Below are positions 19,501 through 32,749 of a DNA stretch of 64,000 nt, in pieces. Position numbers and translations under genes: made by a program. A model generated the notes under the pieces. It was not told the DNA's origin. It saw only the letters and a list, made by a program, of their open reading frames with translations, and ran no database searches. The stretch lies in contig JAQGDQ010000731.1 in assembly GCA_030141605.1 (NCBI GenBank), forward strand, positions 42,125-106,124. Reading direction: 5' to 3'. The DNA comes from Tubiluchus corallicola (Eukaryota; Animalia; Priapulida). How positions within the stretch are numbered: the stretch's first letter is position 1; each line of letters starts with the position of its first letter.

Positions 19501-22500
19501 GCATGACCTGACTGCAGATGTCACTCCAAAGTACAGAAAGCGAAGCCTGTCTCTATATAATGCATTCCCAAACTTGTGTAGACGTCAACGTCAGAATGAA
19601 AACTAGATAGAAACAAAGGGTGTGTTAATTCTAGCCCATGAGAGTCGAGATATATGTAGAAATTAGTTTCTACTTCCTTCCTACAGAAACGTTTGCTAGA
19701 TTACAAGGAAAATATTACCATCATGGTACATGTGGTGTTGACAGCCAAAGATACATATCTCAACAAATGACATCAAGATGTTACTAAACCCTTTATATTA
19801 TAGTATGTGATGGAAGATAAAACTTACATAGCGTTCATCTCTTGCGTGATTTAAATGGATGCTCCCAAGAAATACCGTAATGTGTGGCCCTGGTGCTATG
19901 TGACTGCAAAATAATTATAACTGCTTGTAAGCAATTGCAAACCTCATATTTTAAATACTTCAACTCAACTACATTTGCATCTTAGATTTCTCACTCTGAA
20001 AAACCATAAGGCCTGAATTGGTACAAGTAATAAACTTAGTAACTGAAAACACCTTGTACAAAAGCGACCACTAGAATATTGATTACTGGGGGAAGCAGTA
20101 TGACGTACACACACTTGTGTACACGTCTCTGGTATTTTTTGTGTGACTTTAATTGCTATTATGCTAATGGTAACCGAAATAAAAATCTATACAAATGAAA
20201 AGACTATATATGAAAAGACTCAAACTGTCTACAGAAATATAACTTATTTTAAGCATCTGCTTGGCAACATTACAGTGGATACTTACTCTCTAAAAGTGTG
20301 AGCTACTGTTAGAACATGTCTGTCATCGATAAGCACTCCTCCAGCAACAACGGGAATACCAGGAAAATCTGGGAAAGGAGGACGAAGTAACCTGACCTTC
20401 AAAAATGCACAATTGTTACTACACACTGAGAGCTTACGGGTTGCATTTCTGCATCAACAAAAGACGTTAGTTAATTCCTTCCCGACGGGCACATACATTT
20501 ACCCATTATCTGTGACGGGCAAAAACAGCGCCTTATTAGCTTTCGACTCTCCAAATTCAATAAAATTTGGAAAAGAAACGACTAACGTACAAGTAACTAA
20601 TATCAAAACAAAATCAGTTTCTTCCTTTTCTAAATTTAAATAAGTTGTTTTGCAAACTAATGAATAAAAATTTTGCTTTGCACTTCTGCAGTAACTCGGG
20701 ATAGAATCGACGTTCATTTGCTCAGGCTATTATTAGGACCCCGAGGTAATTTTTGCGACACCTGGGAGTGTATTCACAGAATGTAACGGCAGCTTGTGTT
20801 GTTCAGTTTTGTAAGCTGACTTGGTGTTTTTTTTTGCATAATCAACTCACAGCCAATCATTAAAGCTTATCAGCGATTGAAATGCCTAGAAACTATAAGT
20901 TTATTACCTTATAACTAGTATGCATTTATTTGTGGTATGTTATTACATGAAAAATTGCATGCATTGTATGCGCTTTTTTTAAATTTAGAAAGATTTCACG
21001 ATATGATCAGACTAGAATTATAGTTGATTTCGCAGAATGGGACAGTAACCAAATTGTTACTGTTCCATTCTGTACTTTTCAACTGATAGCTGTCAGACTT
21101 CGTCTTTCCACCAGTGAAAAATCTGTGCAAAATCGTGACTTAGTTTTTGTCATAAGAACTTCTCAATGCACTTTTTAAAATCACAAAGAAAATAGTCCTT
21201 TGCACTAGTAACTTCAAGATTGTCATTACTTTAATCCTTAAATTTGATTTTAAAAAATTGTAATACCATTCTAGCATTTCATTGAAATGAAGCAAAATAA
21301 AAAAAACTGCAAAAAGTTACTTTTTGAACTACAAGAAATTTGAACACAAACCATAAATGGAAATTCTCCTTCTTCAGCATTTTCTCCACCATGAAGTCTC
21401 GGTTCAACCAGCAGCTCTGTAACAAGTATTGTTTTCTACTTTAAAAATAATAACAAAAAAGCAAATTTCAACTTTTTACTATCAGTTTGCTTTGTAAAAA
21501 GTCGTTGATTACGTGTCCATGAAGCCATATTAGACGATATTCGTTCCATGTTGCAAGGTTTATAATGTTGTAGTGGGTGCATAGGTCATTTTTTGGCTTT
21601 AATTTAGTTTTCAATTACTGCCACGGTGCTGCCACCTGTTTGTTTATTTAGTTGGTAGTTAGCTTATAACAGTAGTCACTCTTTTAAAATTGAATCACCT
21701 AATGTCCTTCAATACATTTTGGCCTTTCGTGAACTATTAGTAGTAGTTATATGACATTTTACCCGCCTTATTGTTCTCTCTGCCATTGCTCTATTTCCCT
21801 GACTGTGATGAGCATTATGAATGTGAATTTCTTACGAATTTATTGTTGTGACATTGCTGTTCTTAAGGCAACTTGGAGTTCTCACTCTTGTCTATGTAAC
21901 TGCTAAATGCTAAAACAACCTATGTTGCTATTAATTAATTTCAGCATAGTCTAGAAATGCCAATACATTTCTTCATGCAACTAATTTTCTTCTACTCAAT
22001 GCAAATTAAACTAAATGTTAATAATTGTATTTCAGAATAAAAAAAAAACTTTTGGCCAACACGTTAAACTGGTGTTTTGTATCCATTTCAAATTTACTCA
22101 ATCTATGTTGCAAGTTTTATAATATACTCAATGCAAGTTGCAAGGTTTATAATGTACTCAATCTATGTTGCCAGTTTTATAATATACTCAATGCAAGTTG
22201 CAAGGTTTATAATGTACTCAATCTATGTTGCCAGTTTTATAATATACTCAGTGCAAGTTGCAAGGTTTATTATGTACTCAATCTTTGTTGCCAGTTTTAT
22301 AATATACTAAATGTAAGTTGCAAGGTTTATAATGTACTCAATCTATGTTGCCAGTTTTATAATATACTCAGTGCAAGTTGCAAGGTTGCATGCTCAATTA
22401 AGACATTGTCTGCTCTTGACAACCTTTAATGATGTATTGTCTCCTCATCCATGTGAGATGGTTAGAATGCGAAAAATGTTTGAAATTGCAATTTTAATGC

Positions 22501-22679
22501 AACTTTTAAAGGAAAATTATTTGCACGGCCAAGTGAGACTAACCTTTTTCATTTATACCCGGAGTAGAATTAGAAGACTGATCTGCCGCAGAGAAACATT
22601 TGCCAGTGTGGAACCATGTGGTGAAGATGAATAGAAATGTAGTTGCTGGACAGGGTGCTGCAGGCACTAATTGCAACAT
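16124..22679 (-). CDS. S1A serine protease paralog B (one +1 frameshift as assembled: pseudogene or sequencing error)
   Basis: Exons 22679-22559 (MLQLVPAAPCPATTFLFIFTTWFH.. signal-like), 21416-21352 (VEPR|LHGG), 20396-20287 (VVAGGVLIDDRHVLTVAHT), 19903-19828, 19180-19008 (HDFALIRL..VGWG), 18768-18641 (LKKA..ICAHHPGRIGGF), 16423-16124 (GDSGAP..stop). Exons 5+6 total 301 nt, one base too many. Confidence 0.85.
17013..17735 (-). mobile_element. Older diverged copy of the non-autonomous Helitron family, in the last intron of B
   Basis: Collinear similarity to 32750-33564 (tagcaaaggc, acgcgaacat, atcgtgtagccctg, ccgtggccct, gctgtagcctcga). Confidence 0.75.
22096..22390. repeat. 60-bp (2 x 30-bp) tandem array, about 5 copies
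   Basis: Unit tactcaatctatgttgccagttttataatatactcaatgcaagttgcaaggtttataatg. Confidence 0.92.
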
Positions 22680-23132
22680 TGCTGAAAAATGTTACTATGA
22701 AAGTAGTAAACGATAAAGTAGATACATAATTGTCGTAATGATCTAAAGAATATCAAAAATAACAACAAGTTCTGGTTATCATGATTGGACAATTCGACTC
22801 ACTTGACGTTTCGACACAAAGAACTTTCGAAATTCATAACATTTTGGTGCAAGGAATTTTGATACATAATTAATTAGATGCGTAAGCTAAATAATGTTTT
22901 GGACATTTGAGCGCTGGCTATTAACATGCAGGTGATATTCAGAAACATAAGTAACTTGAATTCGATAACTGTCTACATACAAACAATTCCGATTTGGATT
23001 TTGGATTCAACGGGGCATAGATAGACATTAACAAATTACCTAGTTTGTAAAACCTTGATGTTTTTTACGAAAATCAATTGAATTTGAAGTGATTGCAAAT
23101 TACTTTCAGAAAGCAATTTTATCAGAAAAGTG

Positions 23133-23137
<5 letters not shown>

Positions 23138-23202
<65 letters not shown>

Positions 23203-23340
23203 GGGGGGAGGGAGGGAAGAATAGGAGAGGACACGGAGGAGATATGGGAGAGTCAGAGAAAAAAAGAAATAGAGAGGGTAAGAAAGAGAGAAAGAGACAG
23301 ACAGGAAATGAGAGGAGTGAAGAGTGAAAGAATGAGACGG
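23138..23340. repeat. (GA)n and purine-rich tract
   Basis: Directly visible. Confidence 0.9.
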
Positions 23341-23616
23341 GTAGGAATCGGGGGTAGCAAACAGAGTTAGAGCTGCTGGATGAGGCTGAGCTCATTGTAT
23401 CTGCATAGCTGGGTGATATTTTTCAGCAGCAGATTTGTTTGAGTTTTTGGCTTGGAGAAACTGATAAAACTGACTGTTTTTAATCTTTCTGGGGGCTATA
23501 GGTCTTCATAACTTTATCCAAGTATAATATTTCACTGCTATAATTTTCCTCTACTGCTACTAGATAAATTTTAGTTACAGAAATCTTGTATGGCTTGAGA
23601 TAATAAAAATGAAAAT

Positions 23617-23620
23617 GATA

Positions 23621-23694
<74 letters not shown>

Positions 23695-23703
23695 AATAAT
23701 AAT
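23617..23703. repeat. (GAT)n microsatellite
   Basis: Directly visible. Confidence 0.95.
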
Positions 23704-24649
23704 ACTTACTTGACCTTAAATCTCGCAAAATATTTCAATGCAATTTTCCTACGTGTTTTGTGAGCAGCTTTGACGATTTTTAACAAAATACCCCATTTTT
23801 GAGTTCAATAAAGAGTATACATTTTAACACAATTCATACTTCAAAAGCGTTTCCAATAATTAAACAATAAATTAAAAACTAAAGCTGAGGGAATAGGAGA
23901 TTTAATCATTTATACACCCCAGATGCTCCTGATCTTAATAAGAAATGCCTCCTCACATTGTGAGCTTAAGTGTTACAGAAGTTATCTGTATAGAACTTTG
24001 TTATAGGCAAGTAATCTGCACAATGTCCTTAATTATTATTTTCAATGATTCAATAATTTGGTTATTTTTAATTTTCTAACATAATTTTTAGCTAATACTA
24101 ACCTGAATTTTTAGTGGCAGTTGATAATAAGACTGGTGCAGAGAAACGTGCCAAGGCAAACCTTGTGATCCACACTGAAAAGGCTGTAGCCAGCAGGTAT
24201 ATTTAAGCTCTCAGTCGTGAAAGCATTTCTAAAAAGAGGAAAAACACAGAGATTTGGAAATGCCCTACGAATTTTTGTACAACATCTCAGCAAAATGTTT
24301 GTTATTATCAAATATCCAAGTGCTAGATGATACGGAAAATTCGAAGTTAAGACGCGATTGTAACAAAATGTTCTAAAATTTTTCATTATCATTTCAGTAG
24401 AAGTTTCATTATAATACCTACTGCAAGTTTTCCACCCATAAAACACCAACTATTTTGCTAGGCGATGTAGCTATCACAAGATTTTGTATAAAAATTTCGT
24501 CTTTTACGTGTAACATGTTAAAAGCAGTGAACGCAATGAATGCAGGTATACACAAAAAATCTCAGAGCATTATGATGCATGTAACAATGAAAGTAAAATA
24601 CTAGTTAGAGCAACTCGAATAAAACACATAGATGAACCAAATATATCTG

Positions 24650-25820
24650 TGCCCTTCATTGATGTTGAAATCATGCGTCTTCGGCATACAGCCTGCAATG
24701 GCTTTAGCCCTCACAACTCACAGAATGGGTGCGTGGCACACATGTTCACAGCTCTCAACAAGGTTTTTACTCTGTTCAAAAGAGATAAAGGTGTAGTCAC
24801 GCCTGAAGAAATTTTGTGCCGCAGCATCGTATCCACCTTTAAGCAGAGCTTCGGTCAGAGTCAGGCAGGAGCTGCATTTGGTGGAGTGGCATTTGGCGTT
24901 TTGGTGGAGCTGTACCTCTGCGCCTCTGGACGTGGAGAATACTTCGATTCATATGGACTGGCACTCACCTATAGAGTAAGAACCTTTCTAAATAGAAATT
25001 GAGGTCGCAATTGGACTTTCAACGCCAAAGCCTTCATTCACACATCCTACCCAAGAAATTGAGGTCGCAATTGGACTTTCAACACCAAAGCCTTCATTCA
25101 CACATCTTACCCAAGAAATTGAGGTCGCAATTGGACTTGCAACACCAAAGCCTTCATTCACACATCCTAGCCAAGAAATTGAGGTCGCAATTGGACTTGC
25201 AACACCAAAGCCTTCATTCACACATCCTAGCCAAGAAATTGAGGTCGCAATTGGACTTGCAACACCAAAGCCTTCATTCACACATCCTACCCAAGAAATT
25301 GAGGTCGCAATTGGACTTTCAACACCAAAGCCTTCATTCACACATCCTACCCAAGAAATTGAGGTCGCAATTGGACTTGCAACACCAAAGCCTTCATTCA
25401 CACATCCTACCCAAGAAATTGAGGTCGCAATTGGACTTGCAACACCAAAGCCTTCATTCACACATCCTACCCAAGAAATTGAGGTCGCAATTGGACTTTC
25501 AACGCCAAAGCCTTCATTCACACATCCTACCCAAGAAATTGAGGTCGCAATTGGACTTTCAACACCAAAGCCTTCATTCACACATCCTACCCAAGAAATT
25601 GAGGTCGCAATTGGACTTTCAACACCAAAGCCTTCATTCACACATCCTACCCAAGAAATTGAGGTCGCAATTTGACTTTCAACACCAAAGCCTTCATTCA
25701 CACATCCTACCCACATGCTGGTTGGTTTTGTTGCAGAATACCCCATTACGACTCGCTAGAGCAGTTCCAATTTTCTGTGCTGTTGATAAAATGACTATTA
25801 ATTGCCACGAGGGACGATAG
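24650..25820 (+). mobile_element. Polinton/Maverick (adintovirus-like) relic: capsid-like fragment plus adenain cysteine protease fragment
   Basis: ELYLCASGRGEYFDSYGL..VRTFLNRN*GRNWTFN.. then (frameshifted) LHS..PTC/GWFC matches adenain motifs YFDSYG..WxxN..LQ..CGxxC. Upstream MFTALNKVF..RDKGVVTPEE resembles Maverick MCP (weaker). Confidence 0.7.
24994..25713. repeat. 60-bp satellite, exactly 12 near-identical copies
   Basis: Unit agaaattgaggtcgcaattggactttcaacaccaaagccttcattcacacatcctaccca; no spacers. Confidence 0.97.
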
Positions 25821-26000
25821 CAGCAAGGGCAACGACAACGACAGTATGAGATAGTCGGCATCAGTTTGACATATTACGGGTCGGCCTGCCCTCTCCCGCT
25901 GCTAGCTCCTTCCTTCCTCTCGGAAAAAGGAGAGGGTAGAAGAGGAGCAGAAGAAGGAAAAAAATTGATGTTAACAAGTTATTGTTTACCAGTTGCTTTT

Positions 26001-26564
26001 TTAATTACAAAATGACGAATTTTGTAAATTATTTATAATTACCGAATTTTGTAAATATGTAAATATGTAGCTATTTAACTATTTATGTAAGCAAACAAAA
26101 TGCTTTTACGTGCACTATTCGATCTATGTAAAGACATTAAACTAGTATCAAGGTTATTTAACGAAATTTTTACACAAAAAATCAACGTTAGCTAGTTATT
26201 GTTTACCCCGTTGTTAACAAATATGTTTTTGAGTACGTTAGACTATTTATTTAGTAAAATGGACATAAAGCCTCTAATCTTGTATTTGTAGCTTGTCTAG
26301 GTCGGTTTTTTAAAGTTTTTAATATGTATTTTTAATGTGTATTGTGAATAAATATATATGTGATTCTTACTATGTTTACATATTTACAACAACAACAATA
26401 ATACTTACAATAACAACAACGAGGATATTTACACATTTACAACAGTAGCACAAGCAAAGAAATACGATAGCTACATATTTACGTGTTTACAAAAATCGAC
26501 ATGTACACATTTACAAAATTCGGTAATTACAAATAATTTAAAAAATTCGCCATATTGTATTTAA
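26001..26564. repeat. Inverted repeat (~60-bp arms), foldback/MITE-like
   Basis: 26001-26062 (..attaccgaattttgtaaat..) is the reverse complement of 26500-26564. Confidence 0.7.
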
Positions 26565-28354
26565 TAAATGACAACAGAATGATTGAATAAATAAACGAAT
26601 AAATAAATTAATTAAAAGATTTACAACAAAAGCTGCAGCAAAGATTATGAAAACCTGAGTCTTTTGCTGGATTCTGAAGAGAGAATGATGCCGCCACCTT
26701 TGTTGAATGACCTCCAAGAATAATGAGGTTGCCAATGGGAAATCCACAGTTAAATTGTGGATTTCCGGTGAATATTCCAGCTCACTAATCACGAAATATG
26801 CTACGTTAGCATCCTTGTTGATGGTAGACAGATCAAAGCTACTATTATTGGCTAAAGGTCAGAAATAAAATTGTATGAGGTAAAATTTACACAGGGCATT
26901 CAACACGTCACACGTTGCTCGCATAGCAACTGAAACTTAGATACAAGCCTTGTGACATCACGCTATTGTTAGAACAAGCACTCCGAGCAAATCGGTGGAA
27001 GATGTAGGTGCTGCTGTGTAGCTGGTTTCCCATTTTCTAAGTGCCTAGTAGCTGCACCACCTTTTGTCGCTTGCTTCTTCTCAAGGATGTTGGGTAATTG
27101 CAGCTCCAGTGTAGTACTGGTTGGTTCTACAACCTGGATAATTTTCAGAATTGCTTTAGTAGGAGGAATTAACATGTGACTTAAAATGATACAGTATGTA
27201 ACAGCAGATCTCCAGAATGTCTTATATGCCACTATCAGAACTATTACTATAATTGGTCAGAGGTCAGAGGCTTTCTGGATAAGAAAATTGTTCAAAATGT
27301 CTACAGTACTTTGTCCAAAGATACCGTTTATATATGGGATGTTTGGTACCTTGGCTATGGCACTCATTTTCGCGTGTTAACAAAAGATATTATTGCTAAC
27401 CCAAAATGCTTATTTGGTCTACAAATTTAAAATATTTAAATCAGAATTAAAAGAGATTGCCACAGACTCTTTCATCATGTTCTCAAACGTGGACCACCTT
27501 AAATTGGAGGGAAGTCATTATGTGACGCGAATCCAACAAGAAAAAGTATGAGAGTTACAAAAATATTCACATAAAAGTCACTTCCAGATTGGTTACTCTA
27601 AGCGCTAAAATTTTCATCCTACCTTCACTTCCCCACCCTGTGACGGTAACGTCTTCATTAACATAACTATAGTTGGTACAAGTTGGTAACTTAGCAGGCT
27701 GAATATTATCAGTAAACTTAACAGGCTCATTCATTCGAGCAAGAGCAATATCATGGTAAAACCATTCCACATGCATGATATTGTCGTTGGCTGTTGTGTT
27801 ATAACCGGAGTGTATCTTGTACCAAGAAATCTATAACAAAAACAGATTTTATGTAAACAGCTCTAATTATGGTATTTTGAAGACATATCAAAAGACAGGC
27901 AAACCTGAGGCCTGTGAAAGTTGCTAAGCAGAATTATTTACTACATCAGCTGTATGTATCATAAAAATATATGTATCATGTATTAAGCATTATGTACAGG
28001 AAAACAAAACAACAGGAAACAAGGAAAACACAACGAATTACGTCCGTCTTAGAAAAAACTAAGTGTCATGTTCTTAACACTAACGCAAAGAACTAACTTT
28101 CTTTACGTTAGAAAAAACATGATAGGGTCATGTTCTTAAAAACACAGTGACAAAAACATGATAAGCATGACTACGATCAACGTGGTTTTCTGTAAGCTTT
28201 AAGATTTCCATAATGGCATTTTATTCTTTTACCACATTTATCAATGAGTTACTCGACATATTGCCTAGGGAACCGGCTGCTGGTGTTCAAAAATGTGAAT
28301 TTGCTGTGGATCTTGAGAGTGACACCGAAATCTTGTGCAAAAATGTTTGATTAT

Positions 28355-28757
28355 ATTAATAAATTATGACTGAGATTACCAGAATGTTTATAAACCAGTG
28401 ATTACGATTGCGGGTAATGCGCTCAAGAAAGGAGACACTAAAAAGTTTTGGACTAGTCAGGATTTGAATCCGAGACCTGGAATAAGTACTCCCACGCTCT
28501 ACCGCCTAAGCTACCAGAATGACAGAGGAGGCCTAAGATTTCCTCCTTGTAGCTCACAGTCCAACAGCGCCACCTAGTAGCTATCATCGTACAGCATGGG
28601 AGTACTAATCCCAGGACTCAGGTACAAATCCCGACTAGTCAAAAACTTTTCAGTGCCTCTTTTTCCAACTTATTCCCCGCAATTGTAATAATTGGTAAAA
28701 TAAACAACAGTGGTTTATAAAAATTCTTGCAATCGCGGTCATAATTAATTAATGATA
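28355..28757. mobile_element. Palindromic element made of two outward-facing tRNA-derived (SINE-like) arms
   Basis: Left arm 28355-28517 (minus: ggtagcttaggcggtagagc..ggattcaaatcc, A/B boxes) pairs with right arm 28574-28757. Confidence 0.7.
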
Positions 28758-29006
28758 TCTTCAGTTGCCAGTTGATTTGGGAATCTTTGATTGCAATTAT
28801 GATTGCGTAGTAGCATATTAATGTCTCGCATCACACTGTTTATTATATGCACTAGGCTGCCTAATAATAATTGTCTACAAATTTACACAATTTATATGGT
28901 CTACATATATTTACACAATATTTATGTAACATCATATATATTTTGCAGAGGTACATATTTGCAGATGTATATTCTGCGCAATTCTCTTTACTTATGTTAT
29001 CAACAT

Positions 29007-29045
<39 letters not shown>

Positions 29046-29106
29046 TAGATAGATCCATACATGAATATATATATATATATATATATTTATAAGTTATATA
29101 TATATA

Positions 29107-29242
29107 ATTTAGTTTTGAAAATTGGGGTGTTTTGACTCAGGCTACAATGGATGAAATAGCACATGTAGTATTATATAACACTAAATTTGCTGTTTCATCC
29201 ATTGTAGCTTGAGTCAAAACATCTAAGTTTCAAAACTAAATT
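29107..29242. repeat. Hairpin with ~55-bp arms
   Basis: tttgactcaggctacaatggatgaaatagca pairs with tgctgtttcatccattgtagcttgagtcaaa, extending on both sides. Confidence 0.85.
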
Positions 29243-31253
29243 AGCATAAGCGGGCTAAGAAATTACGTTAGATCTATAAAACCCAAATATAAAGTTGTCC
29301 GTTTTGGAATAAAACAAATAAAAAAGAATATTTAAATTTTAATGTATTACAGTAAAAAAATGTATTTACCAAGAATAGATATTCCCGTTCAAATACATAC
29401 TCTCCGCCACCAATTCTTGGTTCAACTGGTCGTCCTATAAATAATATAGCAATAAGCCTTTTCACAATTTCGGTATGTGCACGCACAGTTGCTGTTGGTC
29501 AAATGTTAAGTGTGCCACAGCAACGCATGTTAACTGCAACCGTCAGATGCCATGTGTGTAACGCAAAGTTGTCTACCACATCAGTTTGTAACTTTAGTTG
29601 CTTAACGTGGACTTTACTTTACCCTGTGCATAGGGTGATGAAGTTAGCAGAATCTTGACTGGAAATAAGAAAAAATAAACCAGCTAAAGTTGTAATGACT
29701 GTTAAAGCTGTAACCATTACAATAGCTCGGGCTGTAAAGCATTGTCAAGTGCAAACAAAAACGTTGTCTGGTGTACTTAACCTTTGACCTGAAACTGCGA
29801 AAAGGCTTATTTCCTGTGACAATAGAAAAATGTTGACGAAAGCAAGATCGTCTATGAACAGTAAGTTAGCTCTAGCATCATAATTATGGTTTTTGCTGTA
29901 AATTACCAAGCAACTTATCTGCTTCTTACTTAGCATCGTCATTACGTAATTAATGATTATTTTTCTGAGTGTTACGACATTTTGCAAAACTGTGCAAGTA
30001 AATAACCTCTTATCTAATTTAAGCAGAAACGACTTGATGGGCTATGTGACGGGAACACAGGTAAAATTACAGGTAAGTTCACATAGGTGCTGCCACCTAC
30101 ATGTTAAGGCCAGAAACTGACCTTAACAGGCTATGTTTCTCGAAAAAACAAAAGAGATTTGTATTCATCTTTACAACACACTAAAATGAAAAAATCATGC
30201 TTTGAAAACGTTTCAAAATTTTTTTGCTGAAAATCTGTTTCATTTGCTTTATCATTTATCTAATGTATTCAACTTCAAGTAAAGAAACAAGTGGAATTGA
30301 TTTCAATTCTAACAGGTTTAAAAACAAAAATTAGGTCAATTGTATATCAGTTTCAAGGAAAATCACTAAAAGGTTATAAGTTTAAATGAGTAATAATTTC
30401 TGAAATGATCGATAACATACTAGGGTCGTCTCAATGTGAACCCTAACCTACAGCACATGTGCATGGCACACCTGACCAGCCACAACTCTCCATGTTCATC
30501 CATACCAAACCATATACACAAATGACGTCATGGGCACTGGAAACAACGACGGTGACTACAACAAGAAAAATCTTGCTAATATCTTAACTAAGACTAACCT
30601 TTATTAAATGGGCCTTTAGTTGGTGTATAAGATAGAGCTGATGTAAACTGACATTCACCAAACCAGAACCATGTGATGTAGACTAGAAAATGTGAAACCC
30701 TCAGAGTCATTTAGGCTTTCGATTGAGATTATGTTTTTGTCTTCTAAAAGTAGTTAATCCTTTTTTCTCTGTGAGGATAGACTTTATTTAAGGAAACACT
30801 TTTCTTAAAACTGTGTATAGACTGAGATAATATTATGGTCTAGGCTGCTAGATAACTGCCTGATGTTTAGAGATAGTTCATTACGGCTTTTGCTATAGTT
30901 CACACAAGATAGCAATCATTTGTTTGACGTTGTACTCATTTTGTGGACGGCATACCAGTGTGGAATTACTAACCTAAAACAATAAGGTGGGGTATCGCAT
31001 TAAAACTAGATATTCAATTATGAAATTAGATTCATGATTGTGCATCACTAATTATTATCTTGGTCACACCATAACTGTCGACTTCTTAAATAGCCAATTG
31101 AATCGTCCACTAGAATGTTCATTTGTAAAATTACAATAAATTCCTGACGAATGTTGAATCTTGTCCTAAATTCCAAAACAAGAAGTTATAATCAAATAAA
31201 CAAAATAATCTAAACATTACTATTACTATCAACAGTTATTATAACTATTACTG

Positions 31254-32749
31254 TGTTATGAATAAATTTCGGAATCACGAATTAAGTGATTAATTAATGA
31301 AGTTATCAACTTCATGAGATTATGTTGATAAAGAGACCTCCTAATTGGATTAGATAAACTTATTAAAAGAATATGGGAACTCACTTAGCTGGTAAAGCAT
31401 ATATTTAATGTGAGGCAAGAAATTATCGTGACAAGAGTTTGTGTTTACAAGGAATAGAACAGGTGTTCATTTGGAGAGTAAAAGTTTGTCACAGGTGTTT
31501 GAGTTTAGGAGAAGCGAAGCTGATTTTTATAACATTGCGTGGTTAGATAATAAACCTCATGTAATATTATGCGGAGTTGCTGAACTATAATTGTGAAGGA
31601 GCAGAAAGTGGCTCTTTTCTTGAACGAGAGTTTATAGCCCAAGCGACGCAAGGAACAAGCTCTTGGGTTGTTGGTGATGTAAAGGACAAGTCGAGTAGCG
31701 GTGTTTTTCCCATGTAAGAAACTACGTTACCTGGCAATCTGGATGGTCATAAACCACCAAGCCACAAACGTAACCTTTGAACTATTGCAACCTTACAGCG
31801 TTACCGCGAAATCTGCGGACGCGATTGCGACGGATTGCAGCGTTAGCACGCAATGTGATGAAATCTCCGCGTGGATATATAAGACGATTGTCTTGAGGAA
31901 CGGAGGAGGCTGCGAGTTAGTTACAAGTGAGTGGTTGTGGGTTAACCACGTGCCGAGAGAGAGGCTGAGGAAGCAAAGACACGTAAGATCAGCGTGGACA
32001 TCAAATCTGCGTACTCAACTGTTGAGCACTGAATCTACGATTAGTCTTGCAACGGATTTGGAATTGACCAATTGAACATTCGTCATTGGTCATTCCACCA
32101 AGTTAAGCTATCTTAACGTATCGTAACTTGAGAGCAACTCTGCATAGTAAATTCACAGTGTAATAGACACCTTAAGTGTAACTTGTAGTTGATTGTAATT
32201 GCATACTTCACATTGTAATTTGCACCTTAAGTGCGAAGCGAGGAAATAGTTAAGTGAATCTGATTAGTGTCTCTTGGAGCTAATTATTAATTGTGAGCGT
32301 CTTTGGCGATTAAGGTTAAACATTGTAATATTAGTTGACTAAGAGTAATTGTTGTAAACAATAAACGGATTTCGCTTTAACTTAAATGAATAGTTTGAGT
32401 ATGTTTATAGGTGTTTCAGTTAAGCAACATTAAATTCTGTAAACGAATCTGAAGATTTGCTCTGTACATTAAGTAATTTACGAGTTCAATTGCGGAAACT
32501 TTTGCTAGTAAGCTTTAGAGATTAAGACTCTTATCACAGTGCGGAGTCGTAGAAACAGTCTTGTGAGAAGTTATCATTGCTCTATAGACTTTATCTTAAG
32601 CTCTAGGAGCCAGGTTGTAAATAACCTTATAGCAATTAATGTAATAGAGGCAAATCACTCTTTAAATAAGTCGTGTGTCTTAGGTCACGTGTTATACGAT
32701 CACGAGCGAGAGATAAGAATCAATATTAATTAGAGAGATTAATATTACA
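31254..32749 (+). mobile_element. Solo LTR-like element related to 36590-37667
   Basis: Starts TGTTATGAATAAATTT; TATA-like (tatataag) and AATAAA present; several collinear blocks shared with 36590-37667. TSD not resolved. Confidence 0.6.

Larger units (their letters stand above)
27623..30710 (-). pseudogene. S1A protease paralog C, truncated duplicate of D
   Basis: Exons 30710-30599 (MTLRVSHFLVYITWFWF..), 29434-29370 (VEPR|IGGG), 27830-27623 (HDIALARMNEPV..GWG, nearly identical to D). Only 19 bp of exon 4 remain (28031-28049). No TAAHC or GDSGG exon seen. Confidence 0.8.

Noticed and set aside
24994-25713. CRISPR-like regular array
   Set aside because: Units are contiguous with no unique spacers, there are no cas genes, and the context is eukaryotic.
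26860-27400. Possible missing exons of protease C or a LINE fragment
   Set aside because: No LxKA..C or GDSGG motif found; LINE resemblance too weak to call.
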